Below, piece after piece: positions 21,695-41,157 of a DNA stretch of 64,000 nucleotides. The stretch is from Polyangiales bacterium (GTDB lineage: Bacteria; Myxococcota_A; Polyangia; Polyangiales; JADJQN01), in contig CAXNJO010000010.1 in NCBI GenBank assembly GCA_964202905.1, forward strand, positions 1 through 64,000, in the 5' to 3' direction. Below the pieces are notes generated by a model. The model was not told the DNA's origin, made no database searches, and worked only from the letters and a program-made list of their open reading frames with translations. The position numbers and the translations under genes were made by a program. Each line of letters starts with the position of its first letter. Position 1 is the first letter of the stretch.

Positions 21695-21869
21695 CACCAG
21701 AAGCACTTGAAATCAATAGACATTTTGCCGAAACGGCGCCCCTCGACCGCAAGGCTTGCGCAGGTTGCACCGAGACACGCGCGCTTTGCGCCCGGGCCGC
21801 ACGGGCCCCTCGACCGGCCCCACGCGCGCGACGACGCGACGTCGACGAACCGGCGGCGCCGCGGACCGC

Positions 21870-23054
21870 TCAGCCGACCACGCGCGCGACGACGACCTTC
21901 AAGTAGTCGCCCTCGGGGAACGCCGCGAGGCGCGGGTGGTCGGCCGCGCCGCCGCCGCGCGTCAACACCTGCAGCGCCGCACCGGGGCGCAGCGCGACGT
22001 CCCGGAGCGTCGCGTCGAAGTCGTCGCGGTCGACGTGGCTCGAGCACGACGCAGCCACGTACAAGCCCGCGGGCGCGAGCACCTTGAGACACGCGCGGTG
22101 CAGGCTGCGGTAGCCCTCGAGCGCGGCCGGCAGCGCGCGCTCGCTCGGCGCGAAGCTCGGCGGATCGCACACGATGAGGTCCCAGCGCTCGCCCTGCGCC
22201 GCCGCCTCCGCGAGGAACTGCGGCACGTCGCTGACGACCCCGCGGTGCGTGGCGGGGAGCCCGTTCCGCGCCCACGTCGCCTGGGCGAGCTCGATCGCGC
22301 GCGGTGCGAGATCGACGGTGGTCACGGCAGACGCCCCCCCGAGCCCGGCCGCGACGGAGAAACCGCCCGTGTAGCCGTACAAGTTGAGGACACGGAGCCC
22401 GCGGGCGATCCCGCGCACCTCGGCACGCGACTCACGGTGGTCGAGGAACAGCCCCGTCTTCTGGCCGCCGTGTAGGTCGACGAGCAGCGTCATCCCCCGC
22501 TCGCGGACCGCGACGAGGGGGGGCGGCGCCGGGCCCCGCACGACCTGCACCGTGCGCGCCCCGCGCTTGCCGGTGCGCAGCAACACCGTGCCCACCCCGC
22601 GCTCGGCGAGCGCGGGCGCGAGCGCGTCGAGGAACACCGGCCGCCAGGCGTCCGCCCCCGCGCCATCGAGCTGCACGGTCGCGTACGCGCCGTACACGTC
22701 GCAGACGAGCCCGGGGACGCGGTCGCCCTCCCCGTGCACGAGCCGGTACGCGTCCGTGTCGGCGGGCACGACCCGCGCGCGCAGCGCCGCGGCCTCACGC
22801 ACCCGCGCCGCGATCAGCCGCGCGTCGACCGGCTCGTCCCGCGTCACGAACACGCGCACGCCGATCGGCCCCGCATCGGCGATTCCGCGCACCACGAAGC
22901 GCCCGCGCGCGTCGTGCACGGTGACCACGTCACCCGGCGCCGCGTCGAGCCCTTCGAGCGCCTCGCGGAACACCCACGGATGACCCGCCACGAGCGCACG
23001 CTCGAGCGGTTTGCGGAGCGTCGCCTGACGCGAAGGGAGAGGGCGGGCCGTCAC
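21870..23054 (-). CDS. RlmI/RlmK-like class I SAM-dependent rRNA methyltransferase
   Basis: GHPWVF, RLVHGEGDRVPGLVCD, GQKTGLFLDHRESR, VLNLYGYTGGFS, DPPSFA, ASCS. Confidence 0.9.
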   Translation of the reverse strand: MTARPLPSRQATLRKPLERALVAGHPWVFREALEGLDAAPGDVVTVHDARGRFVVRGIADAGPIGVRVFVTRDEPVDARLIAARVREAAALRARVVPADTDAYRLVHGEGDRVPGLVCDVYGAYATVQLDGAGADAWRPVFLDALAPALAERGVGTVLLRTGKRGARTVQVVRGPAPPPLVAVRERGMTLLVDLHGGQKTGLFLDHRESRAEVRGIARGLRVLNLYGYTGGFSVAAGLGGASAVTTVDLAPRAIELAQATWARNGLPATHRGVVSDVPQFLAEAAAQGERWDLIVCDPPSFAPSERALPAALEGYRSLHRACLKVLAPAGLYVAASCSSHVDRDDFDATLRDVALRPGAALQVLTRGGGAADHPRLAAFPEGDYLKVVVARVVG

Positions 23055-23166
23055 GGGCGGGCACGTTAGCAGCACGAAGCGGCGCTGAGGGACGCCACCG
23101 CAGCGCGCAACGCCGCTCCGCCGCACGACGCGCGCTTGCGCGTCGGGGGATGCTAGCCTCCGAAGC

Positions 23167-23625
23167 GTGTCGCGCCGTGTCTTCGCCCTGAGCGTCCTTG
23201 CCGCCCTCACGACCGCGCTCGGCGCAAGCGCGCAGCCGACGCCGACGTCCGAGGCCCGCATCACCGTGGAGATCCGGACGCGCGGCGACCGCGGCCTCGT
23301 CTTCTGCGCGCTTTTCGCGAACGGCGCGGGTTTCCCAACGGAATCCGCGACGCGCGCGGCCGCCCACCACCGGCTGCGCTCCGAGGGGCGCCGCGTGACG
23401 TGCTCCTTCACGGGGCATCCCCCGGGGACCTACGCGATCTCCGCCTTTCACGACGAGAACGGCAACGGGGAGCTCGACACCGGGCTGTTCGGGATCCCGA
23501 GCGAGGGATGGGGCACCTCCCGCAACGCCCGCGGCTCGATGGGGCCGCCCAGCTGGGCCGACGCGCGTTTCCGCTACATCGGCGGCAGCGTCCGGCTCCG
23601 CGAAGCCATCACACTCCGCTACTGA
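23167..23625 (+). CDS. DUF2141-like secreted protein
   Basis: Signal peptide; PPGTYAISAFHDENGNGELDTGLFGIPSEGWGTSRN..GPPSW. Confidence 0.85.
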   Translation: MSRRVFALSVLAALTTALGASAQPTPTSEARITVEIRTRGDRGLVFCALFANGAGFPTESATRAAAHHRLRSEGRRVTCSFTGHPPGTYAISAFHDENGNGELDTGLFGIPSEGWGTSRNARGSMGPPSWADARFRYIGGSVRLREAITLRY

Positions 23626-23658
23626 CCGCGCCCCCCCGGGGGTCGGCAACCCGCGTGA

Positions 23659-24390
23659 TCACCCCGACGACCGCGCGACGCCGAGCCCGCCGTCAATCCC
23701 GAGCGTCTGGCCCGTCACCCAGCCCGCGTCCTCGCTAAGCAGCCAGGCGGCGAGCGACGCGACCTCGTCCGGGGTTCCGATGCGCCCCCGCACGTGCAGC
23801 GCGCGAGACGCCTCGAGCGAGCGCGGATTCCCCGTAATGCGCTGCGCGAGGCCGGTGTCGACCAGCCCAGGGGCGATCGCGTTGATGCACAAGCCCTTCC
23901 CGCCGTACGTCGCAGCCGCCGACCGCACGAGCCCCTCGATGCCGGCCTTCGCGGCCGCAATCGCCTCGTGGTTGGGCAGACCAAGTCGGGCCGCCGCCGT
24001 CGAAAACAGGACGACCGAGCCGCCAGCCCCCGCGAGGTGCCGCCCCGCCGCGCGCACGGTCGAGAAGGCCGTCGTGAGGTTGGTCCCCACGGTCGCGTCG
24101 AATTCCGCCGCGCTCGTGAGGTGCGCAGGCTTCAGCAGGATCGACCCCGCGCAGCACACCACACCGCGGAGCCCACCGTCCTCGGCGACGAGCGCCCCGA
24201 CGAGCCGCTCCATCGCCTCGAAGTCGCGCGCATCGACGACGCGCCACGCAGCGCCAAGCGCCGCCGCACGCGCGACGAGCGTCTCTTCGGTTCGACCGGC
24301 GAGGACGACAGCATCCCCCCGGGACCGCAGACGCGCCGCGAGCGCACCGCCGATGCCACCAGCCCCACCGACGATCAGGTAACGCGCCAT
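23659..24390 (-). CDS. SDR-family oxidoreductase
   Basis: GGAGGIG Rossmann motif, NAIAPGLVDT, GQTLGIDGG. The catalytic YxxxK appears as IAAAK. Confidence 0.88.
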   Translation of the reverse strand: MARYLIVGGAGGIGGALAARLRSRGDAVVLAGRTEETLVARAAALGAAWRVVDARDFEAMERLVGALVAEDGGLRGVVCCAGSILLKPAHLTSAAEFDATVGTNLTTAFSTVRAAGRHLAGAGGSVVLFSTAAARLGLPNHEAIAAAKAGIEGLVRSAAATYGGKGLCINAIAPGLVDTGLAQRITGNPRSLEASRALHVRGRIGTPDEVASLAAWLLSEDAGWVTGQTLGIDGGLGVARSSG

Positions 24391-24627
24391 AGGCCGGGAG
24401 ATGGGGTCGCGGTCGCGGAACGGCAACGCGCCCCCGCTTCCCGCGCTATCGCGAGGCGCGCGCGCGCCCCCCGCAGAGCCCGCTGTGCGACCACGACGCG
24501 CCGCTCATACGCAACGCGGCGACCCGCGCCGACGCGCGCCCACAACCCTTGGGGCCGTCGGCAGCGCGCGACATCGAGTCGCCGCGAAGACATGTCGCTC
24601 GACGGACTCCCGTCGTGCTGGTCGGAC

Positions 24628-32973
<8,346 letters not shown>

Positions 32974-33293
32974 GGTAGCGGGACTCCTGACGGGTGGGCG
33001 GACACCCGTATGTGCCTAGGCAAGTACGCCTGGCTGGGACTACCGGACAGGGGCAGGACTTCCTGCAACCCCGAGCGAACCGAAAGAGCGAGACCAGAAC
33101 GGCCGGGAGCAACCCGGGCCAGAGTGACCTTGAGCGAACGCGAACCCTGCGAAGCGAAGCGGAGCGCGAGGCGGACAAGCAGAGCGACGGGCGTCGGGCA
33201 GGCTAGAAACGCCTGTGGGTCGCGGCGCGGGAGACACGTCTCCCTCACCGCAACCCTCAGGGCGCGCAGACTACGTCGACGCTTTGCCGAAGT

Positions 33294-33674
33294 TCACTTG
33301 ACGGTGACCTTCGCGCCCGCTTCTTCGAGCTTCTTCTTGAGGTCCTCGGCCTCGGCCTTGGTCACGCCCTCCTTGATGAGCTTGGGCGCGCCCTCCACGA
33401 GAGCCTTCGCCTCGGCAAGGCCGAGGCTGGTGATCTCACGGACGACCTTGATGACGTTGATCTTCTTGTCGCCGCCGCTGGTGAGCTCGACGGTGAACTC
33501 CGTCTGCTCGACGACCGCCGCAGCCGGGGCCGCGGCCACGGCCGGACCCGCCACCATCGCGGGCGCAGCCTTCACGCCCCACTTTTCCTCGAGCGCCTTC
33601 ACGAGGCCCGAGACTTCGAGAACGGTCCAGCTGCTGAGCTCGTTGACGAGCTGCTCCTGCGTCATGTTCGCCAT
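33294..33674 (-). CDS. rplL: 50S ribosomal protein L7/L12
   Basis: [25 protein letters not shown]. Confidence 0.97.
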   Translation of the reverse strand: MANMTQEQLVNELSSWTVLEVSGLVKALEEKWGVKAAPAMVAGPAVAAAPAAAVVEQTEFTVELTSGGDKKINVIKVVREITSLGLAEAKALVEGAPKLIKEGVTKAEAEDLKKKLEEAGAKVTVK

Positions 33675-33773
33675 GGTATTTCTCCGAGTCTTCTACCGGG
33701 CCTGTCGCCCGGATTACGCTGTGGTCAGGGGAACGTTGGAGGGATTGGGATCTTGCGTGGGGGAGGCTCGAGG

Positions 33774-34328
33774 CTATTCGCCGAGCTTCTCCTCCTGGGC
33801 CGCGAGCGCGTAGACAAGGTTCTGCGCGGGCGCCTGAAGCAACTGAAGCAGGTCGACGAGGGGCGCGTTGAGGGTCGCGAGCAGCATCGCCCGCATCTCG
33901 TCCTTGCCCGGCATGGTGGCGAGCTGCTCTTCGACGGCCTTGCCCTCGAAGACCATGCTCTCCAGCACGCCGCACTTGACGCCCAGCTTCTCCTGCTTGT
34001 CGCCGCCCTTCCGGAACGCCTTGACGACCTTGGCGGCCGCGGTCGGGTCCTCGAACGAGAAGGCGATGCCCGTGGGTCCCCGAAGGAACGCCTCGAACTG
34101 CTTGTGGCCCTCGAGCGGCGTGCCCTTGAGGGCCTGCTTGACGAGGGTGTTCTTCGCGACGCGGTACGTGACGCCGGCCTTGCGGAAGGCGACGCGCAGC
34201 GCGGTGACCGTCTCGACGTCGATGCCCTTGAAATCGAGCACGACCATCGAAGAGGAGCGCGTGAAGTTGTCGCGGAGCAGGCCGATCTCGACCTCTTTTT
34301 CCCGACGATTCGCGTTCATGACGGCCAC
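33774..34328 (-). CDS. rplJ: 50S ribosomal protein L10
   Basis: YRVAKNTL, GPTGIAF; conserved position in the operon (alternative start ATG 34319). Confidence 0.95.
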   Translation of the reverse strand: MAVMNANRREKEVEIGLLRDNFTRSSSMVVLDFKGIDVETVTALRVAFRKAGVTYRVAKNTLVKQALKGTPLEGHKQFEAFLRGPTGIAFSFEDPTAAAKVVKAFRKGGDKQEKLGVKCGVLESMVFEGKAVEEQLATMPGKDEMRAMLLATLNAPLVDLLQLLQAPAQNLVYALAAQEEKLGE

Positions 34329-34329
34329 G

Positions 34330-35034
34330 TCAGACCTCCTTCACCGTCTCGATCGACAGCGGGTCGATCTTGATTCCAGGCCCCATCGTCGAGCTCAGCG
34401 TGATGCTGCGCAGATAGGCACCCTTGGCGGTCGAGGGCTTGGCCTTGATGAGCGCCGCGATGAGCGTGACGACGTTGTCCGCAAGCTGCTCGGGGGCGAA
34501 GGACTTCTTCCCGACCGGCGCGTGGACGATGCCTGCCTTCTCGACGCGGAACTCAATCTTGCCGGCCTTCGCCTCGCGAACCGCCTTGCCCACGTCGAAC
34601 GTGACCGTGCCCACCTTGGGATTGGGCATGAGACCACGCGGACCGAGCACGCGACCGAGCCGACCGACCTGACCCATCATGTCCGGCGTCGCGATCACGA
34701 CGTCGAACTCCAGCCACCCCTCCGTCACCTTCGCGACCATGTCGTCGGTGCCGACATGGTCGGCGCCGGCGGCGGCCGCCTCGGCGGCCTTCTCACCCTT
34801 CGCGAACACGAGCACCCGGTTTATCTTGCCGGTGCCGTGCGGCAACACGATCGCGCCACGGACCATCTGGTCCGCGTGCTTCGGGTTGACGCCGAGGCGC
34901 ACCGCGACGTCGACGCTCTCGTCGAACTTCGCGAATGCGACCCCCTTCACGAGGGCGCAGGCTTCTTGGACCGTGTGGCGCTTCTCCCGATCGACACCCT
35001 CGATCGAGCCCTTGCGCTTTCGACCTGCTTCCAT
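34330..35034 (-). CDS. rplA: 50S ribosomal protein L1
   Basis: [36 protein letters not shown]. Confidence 0.97.
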   Translation of the reverse strand: MEAGRKRKGSIEGVDREKRHTVQEACALVKGVAFAKFDESVDVAVRLGVNPKHADQMVRGAIVLPHGTGKINRVLVFAKGEKAAEAAAAGADHVGTDDMVAKVTEGWLEFDVVIATPDMMGQVGRLGRVLGPRGLMPNPKVGTVTFDVGKAVREAKAGKIEFRVEKAGIVHAPVGKKSFAPEQLADNVVTLIAALIKAKPSTAKGAYLRSITLSSTMGPGIKIDPLSIETVKEV

Positions 35035-35227
35035 CGTTCCTCCCTATGGACGGGTCTCGCCCCCTCGTGCCAGCACGCTGGCCCTTGGAGCCGATCGCCG
35101 CCTCCCACCTGTGCTCTCGTCGGTGGTGTGGACGGGTTCGCCCGAAGAGACCGCCTCTTCGGGCTGAGAGCCTCCAACGGGCCCACCGGAGTAGGCCCGC
35201 AGAAAACATCGCGCGAGCGCGAATGAT

Positions 35228-35668
35228 TCAGTCGACGACGTCGACGCCCATCGAGCGGGCCGTGCCAGCGATGCTGTGCATGGCGGTCTCGACGCTGGCG
35301 GCGTTCATGTCCTGAATCTTCATCTCGGCGAGCTTGCGGATCTGCGCCTGGGAGATCTTGCCGACCTTGTCCTTGTTGGGGCGCTTGCTGCCGGAACCCG
35401 GCTTCTTCCCGAGAGCGAGGCCGATCTCCTTCTTGATCAACACGGCGACCGGCGGGGTCTTCGTGATGAACGTGAAGGAGCGGTCGGAGAAGACCGTGAT
35501 CACCACCGGGATGATCATGCCTTCCTGACCCGTCGTGCGCGCGTTGAACTCCTTGCAGAAGCCCATGATGTTGACGCCGTGCTGACCGAGCGCAGGGCCG
35601 ACGGGCGGCGACGGGTTCGCCTTGCCGGCGGGGAGCTGGAGCTTGATCTGACCAGTGACCTTCTTCAT
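35228..35668 (-). CDS. rplK: 50S ribosomal protein L11
   Basis: [29 protein letters not shown]. Confidence 0.97.
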   Translation of the reverse strand: MKKVTGQIKLQLPAGKANPSPPVGPALGQHGVNIMGFCKEFNARTTGQEGMIIPVVITVFSDRSFTFITKTPPVAVLIKKEIGLALGKKPGSGSKRPNKDKVGKISQAQIRKLAEMKIQDMNAASVETAMHSIAGTARSMGVDVVD

Positions 35669-35746
35669 GGCGGGCTTCCTCGAGCTGACTGCGTTCTCTG
35701 GCGGACTGGGACTGTTCGGACGACGGGGGCGGAACCCCGCTCAAGA

Positions 35747-36280
35747 CTAAGCGGTCTTCTCGACCTGCCCGTAGTCGAGCTCGACAGGCGTGGAGCGCCC
35801 GAAGATGCTGACGAGCACGCGGACCTTCTGCTTGTCGGGCTTGACCTCTTCGATCGACCCCTGGAAATTCGCGAACGCCCCGTCGATGACCCGGACGTGG
35901 TCGCCCGCCTCGAACACGACGCGGGGCTTCGGCTTGGCGGCGCCCTCGGCAACCTGCTGGGCGATAGCGTGAATCTCAGGCTCCGGAACGGGCGTGGGAT
36001 GGCGGCCTCCCACGAAGCCGCTGACCTTGGACGTGTCCTTGATCAGATGCCAGGTGCGCTCGTTGAGGTCCATCTCCACGAAGATGTAGCCCGGGTAGAA
36101 ATTGCGGGTGGTCACGCGCTTCCCGCCACCGGCCTTGGTCTCCTGGACGTTCTCCTTGGGGATCAGGATCTGCCCGAAGAACTCCTCCATGCCGTTCTGC
36201 TTGATGCGCTCCTCGAGCGAGAGCTTTACCTTGTTTTCATAGCCCGAGTAGGCCTGGATCACGTACCACTTCTTGGACAT
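35747..36280 (-). CDS. nusG: Transcription termination/antitermination factor NusG
   Basis: WYVIQAYSGYENKV, FYPGYIFVEM, KOW domain, SIFGRSTPVEL. Confidence 0.97.
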   Translation of the reverse strand: MSKKWYVIQAYSGYENKVKLSLEERIKQNGMEEFFGQILIPKENVQETKAGGGKRVTTRNFYPGYIFVEMDLNERTWHLIKDTSKVSGFVGGRHPTPVPEPEIHAIAQQVAEGAAKPKPRVVFEAGDHVRVIDGAFANFQGSIEEVKPDKQKVRVLVSIFGRSTPVELDYGQVEKTA

Positions 36281-36315
36281 GGAGTCGGTCCTTCCCTCTG
36301 CAGGGGACTAGCGCG

Positions 36316-36843
36316 TCACGCCGTGTAGAGGAGGTCGGTGAGAGCAGACCAGAGGGCGTCGAACACACCGAAATAAAACGCCGCCACGACTGAGGTGACG
36401 ATGACCACGATGGTGGAGACCTGCGTCTCCTCGCGCGATGGCCAAGTGACCTTCGACAACTCGACCGCGATCTCACGGGTGAGTTGGTTGAAGCGCTCGT
36501 GACGGTAGAGGACGATCGTCGCGACGACCGCGCCGACCGCGCCGACCGCTGTGGCGATGAAAACGTTCGGCTCGGCGAAGAGATTCCACGCCAGCACCAC
36601 CGACTGCTGGAGGACCCAGAAGAGGACGAGCGCGAGCGCCGCATACGCGCCTTGAATGTAGCGCTCGAGGCCGAGCGAGCGGGTTCCAAGGGCCGCAGCC
36701 GCAGGCTCGTCGTCGTCAGACGACTCGGCGCGGCTCTCAGTCCCCTCGTCAGCGGCAGCGCCGACCGGCGTCGACGTACCGCCGCCCGCCGTGCTCTCGT
36801 CCGCCGACTCGCCGTGCTCGTCCTCGCGCTCGTCCGTCGTCAT
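36316..36843 (-). CDS. secE: Preprotein translocase subunit SecE (long form with acidic N-terminal extension)
   Basis: ELSKVTWPSREET motif, located between tRNA-Trp and nusG. Start is 36843 or 36870. Confidence 0.9.
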   Translation of the reverse strand: MTTDEREDEHGESADESTAGGGTSTPVGAAADEGTESRAESSDDDEPAAAALGTRSLGLERYIQGAYAALALVLFWVLQQSVVLAWNLFAEPNVFIATAVGAVGAVVATIVLYRHERFNQLTREIAVELSKVTWPSREETQVSTIVVIVTSVVAAFYFGVFDALWSALTDLLYTA

Positions 36844-36887
36844 CGATTGCTCTCCGAGATGCGTCGTCATGTCGGCCAGTCCGGGGG

Positions 36888-36960
36888 CAGGCCAGGAGGG
36901 ATTCGAACCCACAACCCGCGGATTTGGAATCCGCTGCTCTACCATTGGAGCTACTGGCCT
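36888..36960 (-). tRNA. trnW: tRNA-Trp (CCA)
   Basis: AGGCCAG acceptor stem, anticodon arm GCGGA-TTCCAAA-TCCGC, GTTCGAATCC T-loop. Confidence 0.96.
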
Positions 36961-37079
36961 TCAGGGCTTGGAAGCCCGGTGTTCCGGCCGTCCGGCTGGA
37001 ACACCTCGAACCTTGTCGCGTTCTTCGGTCGCCGCTTCCCGCCCCGTGGTCTCACGTGGCCGACAGCGATCGGCGCGCC

Positions 37080-37241
37080 CTACTTCGTCTCGCGGTGCTC
37101 GGTGTGCTTGGCGCAGGCTGCGCAGTGCTTCTTGAGCGTGAGCCGCTCGGCCTGCTCCCCAGGTCGCCGGGCCTTGGTCTTCCGATAGTTTCTGGCACCG
37201 CACTCACTGCAGGCGAGTGCGATGCCGATCCGGTCGCTCAC
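37080..37241 (-). CDS. rpmG: 50S ribosomal protein L33 (Zn-ribbon form)
   Basis: Manual translation (below the ORF-track cut-off): MSDRIGIALACSECGARNYRKTK...LTLKKHCAACAKHTEHRETK*. Confidence 0.92.
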   Translation of the reverse strand: MSDRIGIALACSECGARNYRKTKARRPGEQAERLTLKKHCAACAKHTEHRETK

Positions 37242-37272
37242 GAGTCAAATCCCGGCGAGGCGTGACGCGGTG

Positions 37273-38463
<1,191 letters not shown>

Positions 38464-38477
38464 CGCGGCTCTCCTGT

Positions 38478-38513
38478 TGTCTGACGACCTGCAGATGTCT
38501 GACGACCTACAGA
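38478..38513. repeat. 2 x 18-bp tandem repeat in the tuf leader
   Basis: TGTCTGACGACCTGCAGA / TGTCTGACGACCTACAGA. Confidence 0.8.
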
Positions 38514-38572
38514 CCCGATGTAACGCCTGATCCTGCCTGCCTGAACGTGCCTGATGAACGGGTTGGATGACG

Positions 38573-38647
38573 TGGAGCCCAGGAAGAGGATTGAACTCTC
38601 GACCTCCCCCTTACCAAGGGGGTGCTCTGCCACTGAGCTACCTGGGC
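38573..38647 (-). tRNA. trnT: tRNA-Thr (GGT), CCA encoded
   Basis: GCCCAGG acceptor stem, anticodon loop TTGGTAA, ends TCCA. Confidence 0.96.
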
Positions 38648-38722
38648 GGGCGCGCTGCGGCTGCAGGTGGCCTGCAGCGGGGTTTTGTCGTGGGTGCTGG
38701 ATTCGGTGCCGGGTTGCAGGGG

Positions 38723-38795
38723 AGCGGGAGACCGGATTCGAACCGGCGACGTTCAGCTTGGAAGGCTGACGCTCTACCAACTGAGCTACTCCCGC
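38723..38795 (-). tRNA. trnG: tRNA-Gly (TCC)
   Basis: GCGGGAG acceptor stem, anticodon arm TCAGC-CTTCCAA-GCTGA. Confidence 0.96.
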
Positions 38796-38838
38796 AGGGA
38801 ACTGGTGTCGGACGTCCGTGCGGCGCTGGTGGACTGGG

Positions 38839-38920
38839 TGGAGGGTGATGGATTCGAACCATCGAAGGCATAGCCGGCAGATTTACAGTCTGCTCCCTTT
38901 GTCCACTCGGGTAACCCTCC
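38839..38920 (-). tRNA. trnY: tRNA-Tyr (GTA)
   Basis: GGAGGGT acceptor stem, anticodon arm GCAGA-CTGTAAA-TCTGC, long variable arm. Confidence 0.96.
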
Positions 38921-38954
38921 GGAGAAACCTCGAACCGAGACTTGCGACTTCACG

Positions 38955-39026
38955 AGCTAGCGACGGGAATCGAACCCACAACCCCCTGCTTACAAGGCAG
39001 GTGCTCTACCGTTGAGCTACGCCAGC
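38955..39026 (-). tRNA. trnT: tRNA-Thr (TGT)
   Basis: GCTGGCG acceptor stem, anticodon arm CCTGC-CTTGTAA-GCAGG. Confidence 0.95.
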
Positions 39027-39088
39027 CAGACCTCACGGACCACCGCGAGACGGACGGACGTCCGCTTTCGGGGGGCATGAGGGCGCCT

Positions 39089-39117
39089 TTCTTACGCTCG
39101 CCCTCCCGCACTGTCAA
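39089..39117 (-). promoter_or_regulatory. Sigma70 promoter of the tRNA-tuf operon
   Basis: Minus strand TTGACA-N17-TAAGAA followed by a GC-rich discriminator (AGGCGCCC). Confidence 0.7.
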
Positions 39118-39183
39118 GCATGGTTCTGGCATGGGCGTGCATTTGGCGCCTGCGAGGGGATCACGGTCGATGCCGCAGCCGGG

Positions 39184-40452
39184 TCAGCGCGTGCCGGTGG
39201 TCGGGGCCGTGAGGGCCGCGCCGCCGCCCTCCCCGGGGGCTCCGCTCGCCGGGGGCTGGGTGGTGGCCGCCCCTGCGCCAGGGGCTCCGCTCGGGGGAGC
39301 CGGTGGCGCGCCGGGCAGATCGGCGACGAGGGCGCCCTGGACGCGGGCGAGGTCCGCGCGGGTGCGCTCGGTCCATTCTGTTCGGACGCCACTGCGGTCG
39401 ACCATCATGAGGGTCATCTCCCAGTAGCGGATCGCGTGCTGCAAGAGTGGTTTGACCATCTCGCGGAGGTTCTTGCGGTATTCGTCGGCGAAGACCGCGC
39501 GGAGATCCGGGGTGAGATCGGGGCGGGGCGGGACCGGCGCCTCGGTGATTTCCGTCCAGAACGCGTCGTACATCTGGCCGATGCGGTAGCCGCTCGCGGC
39601 CGCCCAGTGCGCGTTGCCCCGGCGGATCGTCGCGAAGTACTCGCGCTGCGCGTCGAGGAGAATCCGCGCGCGCGACTCGAGGGCGACCCTCTGCACCTCG
39701 GTCGTGCCCTCGGGGAGGCGGATCGCGCCCGCCCGCTCGCGCAGCGTCTCGGCCATGACGAAGTTCGCGGCGCCGACGGAGAAGTCGTCGCGGATCGCCT
39801 GAGCTTCCTCTTGCGAGCGGACGTACGCGAGCGCGGCGCGGGCGGCGCGCTCGGCCCCGTCGAGACGACGTGCCCCGAAGTCGGCCTGCGCCTTCCGCGC
39901 GAGGAGAGAGATGCGGTCGTCCGGGTCGAGGTCGGTGCTCACGAGGGCGGCGTCGCAGAGGGCGATCGCCTCGTCCCACAGGGACAGGCGGACGGCGATG
40001 TTCGACAGCATGAATTGCGCGTGCAGCACGTCGCGCGGGTCGCGCCCCGGGAGCGCGAGCAGCGCGCGGAACTTGTCGGCGGCGCGGGGGAGCTCGCTGC
40101 GGTCTTCGAGACAAAGGCCGCTGTTGTAGAGCGCGGGGGAGCGCAGGCGGGTCTCGGGGAACTCGCGCTCGAGTCGCTCGTACGCCGCGACGGCGTCGTC
40201 GCAGCGGCGGGCCTGAAGGAGGCCCGTCGCGTGGTCGAAGAGCATCTCCGCGTCGTAATCGGTGCCGAGGCCGGCGACGCCATCGCCGGGTGCGCCGATC
40301 CGCATCGCCTCCATCGCGACGACACGGCGGCCCGGCTGCGGCGTGGTCGGTGCCGAGCCGCGCGCCCCGGCACCGCAAGCGGCGCAGAACACGACGAGCG
40401 CGACGAGGGGGGCGTTCGAACCGAGCGAGGTCAGGGGACGCGGGGTGGGCAT
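39184..40452 (-). CDS. Tetratricopeptide-repeat lipoprotein
   Basis: Lipobox-like FCAAC; helical TPR patterns (AVAAYERLEREFPE, ALYNSGLCLE, YRIGQMY). Confidence 0.8.
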   Translation of the reverse strand: MPTPRPLTSLGSNAPLVALVVFCAACGAGARGSAPTTPQPGRRVVAMEAMRIGAPGDGVAGLGTDYDAEMLFDHATGLLQARRCDDAVAAYERLEREFPETRLRSPALYNSGLCLEDRSELPRAADKFRALLALPGRDPRDVLHAQFMLSNIAVRLSLWDEAIALCDAALVSTDLDPDDRISLLARKAQADFGARRLDGAERAARAALAYVRSQEEAQAIRDDFSVGAANFVMAETLRERAGAIRLPEGTTEVQRVALESRARILLDAQREYFATIRRGNAHWAAASGYRIGQMYDAFWTEITEAPVPPRPDLTPDLRAVFADEYRKNLREMVKPLLQHAIRYWEMTLMMVDRSGVRTEWTERTRADLARVQGALVADLPGAPPAPPSGAPGAGAATTQPPASGAPGEGGGAALTAPTTGTR

Positions 40453-40622
40453 GGGAGGGCTGACAACGGTGCGCGCGGGACGTTCCGGGGCGGCGGTGAG
40501 ATGGGATGCTGCGAGACCTGCGGCGGGACGGCCCGCCACATGGCTTGCAGGGAGGGACTGGAGCGGCGCGCGCATGGCGCGGCAGCCTACCAGCGATCGC
40601 GAAGCACGCCGCGGCTGGGCAA

Positions 40623-41057
40623 TCAGGTCGCGCCGGGGGAGGCGGGGAGCGGGACGCGCGCACCTCGCGAGAGGCGCACGTACGGGCGGTAGAGCGCGCG
40701 GCGTTGTTCGTACAGGAAGGCCTCGAGGGCCTTCCGCTCGGCCCGCGCCATGGCGACGAAGCGGACGGCCTGACCGTGGAACAAGCTGTCGACGCGGTCG
40801 TGGACGACCTCCCCGCGGGTCCAGATCGGCTCGGCGAGCCCGGGAAGCGGGAGGCTGATCTGCACTTCGCGCGCGCGGTGCGCGAACGCGACGAACGGGC
40901 GCTCCACATAGACCCCCGTTGGGCTGAGATCGGTGCCGAAGCAGCGGTGGCTCTCGTCGCCGACGAGCAGGTCCACGTACACGCCGATCGGCACCCGCAC
41001 GGCTCCTCTGCGCTCGCTCATCGTGGCCGCCCTGCGTTCCGTGTTGAGTGCGCTCAT
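40623..41057 (-). CDS. PilZ-domain protein
   Basis: RxxxR (RRGAVR) and DxSxxG (DLSPTG) c-di-GMP motifs, then GEVV...AVRF. Confidence 0.85.
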   Translation of the reverse strand: MSALNTERRAATMSERRGAVRVPIGVYVDLLVGDESHRCFGTDLSPTGVYVERPFVAFAHRAREVQISLPLPGLAEPIWTRGEVVHDRVDSLFHGQAVRFVAMARAERKALEAFLYEQRRALYRPYVRLSRGARVPLPASPGAT

Positions 41058-41157
41058 GTAGTGAATGGTAGACGTCGGACACCCTGACTCCAAGAAAGAA
41101 GTCGCGTCGCCGACCCGCGGCGCGGGGCCCGGTGCCCCGGGCTATGCTCCGCCCGCC

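Noticed and set aside
38573..39184. Prophage or island integrated at the tRNA cluster
   Set aside because: No integrase, no duplicated tRNA 3' end seen, and the flanking genes are ordinary chromosomal genes.
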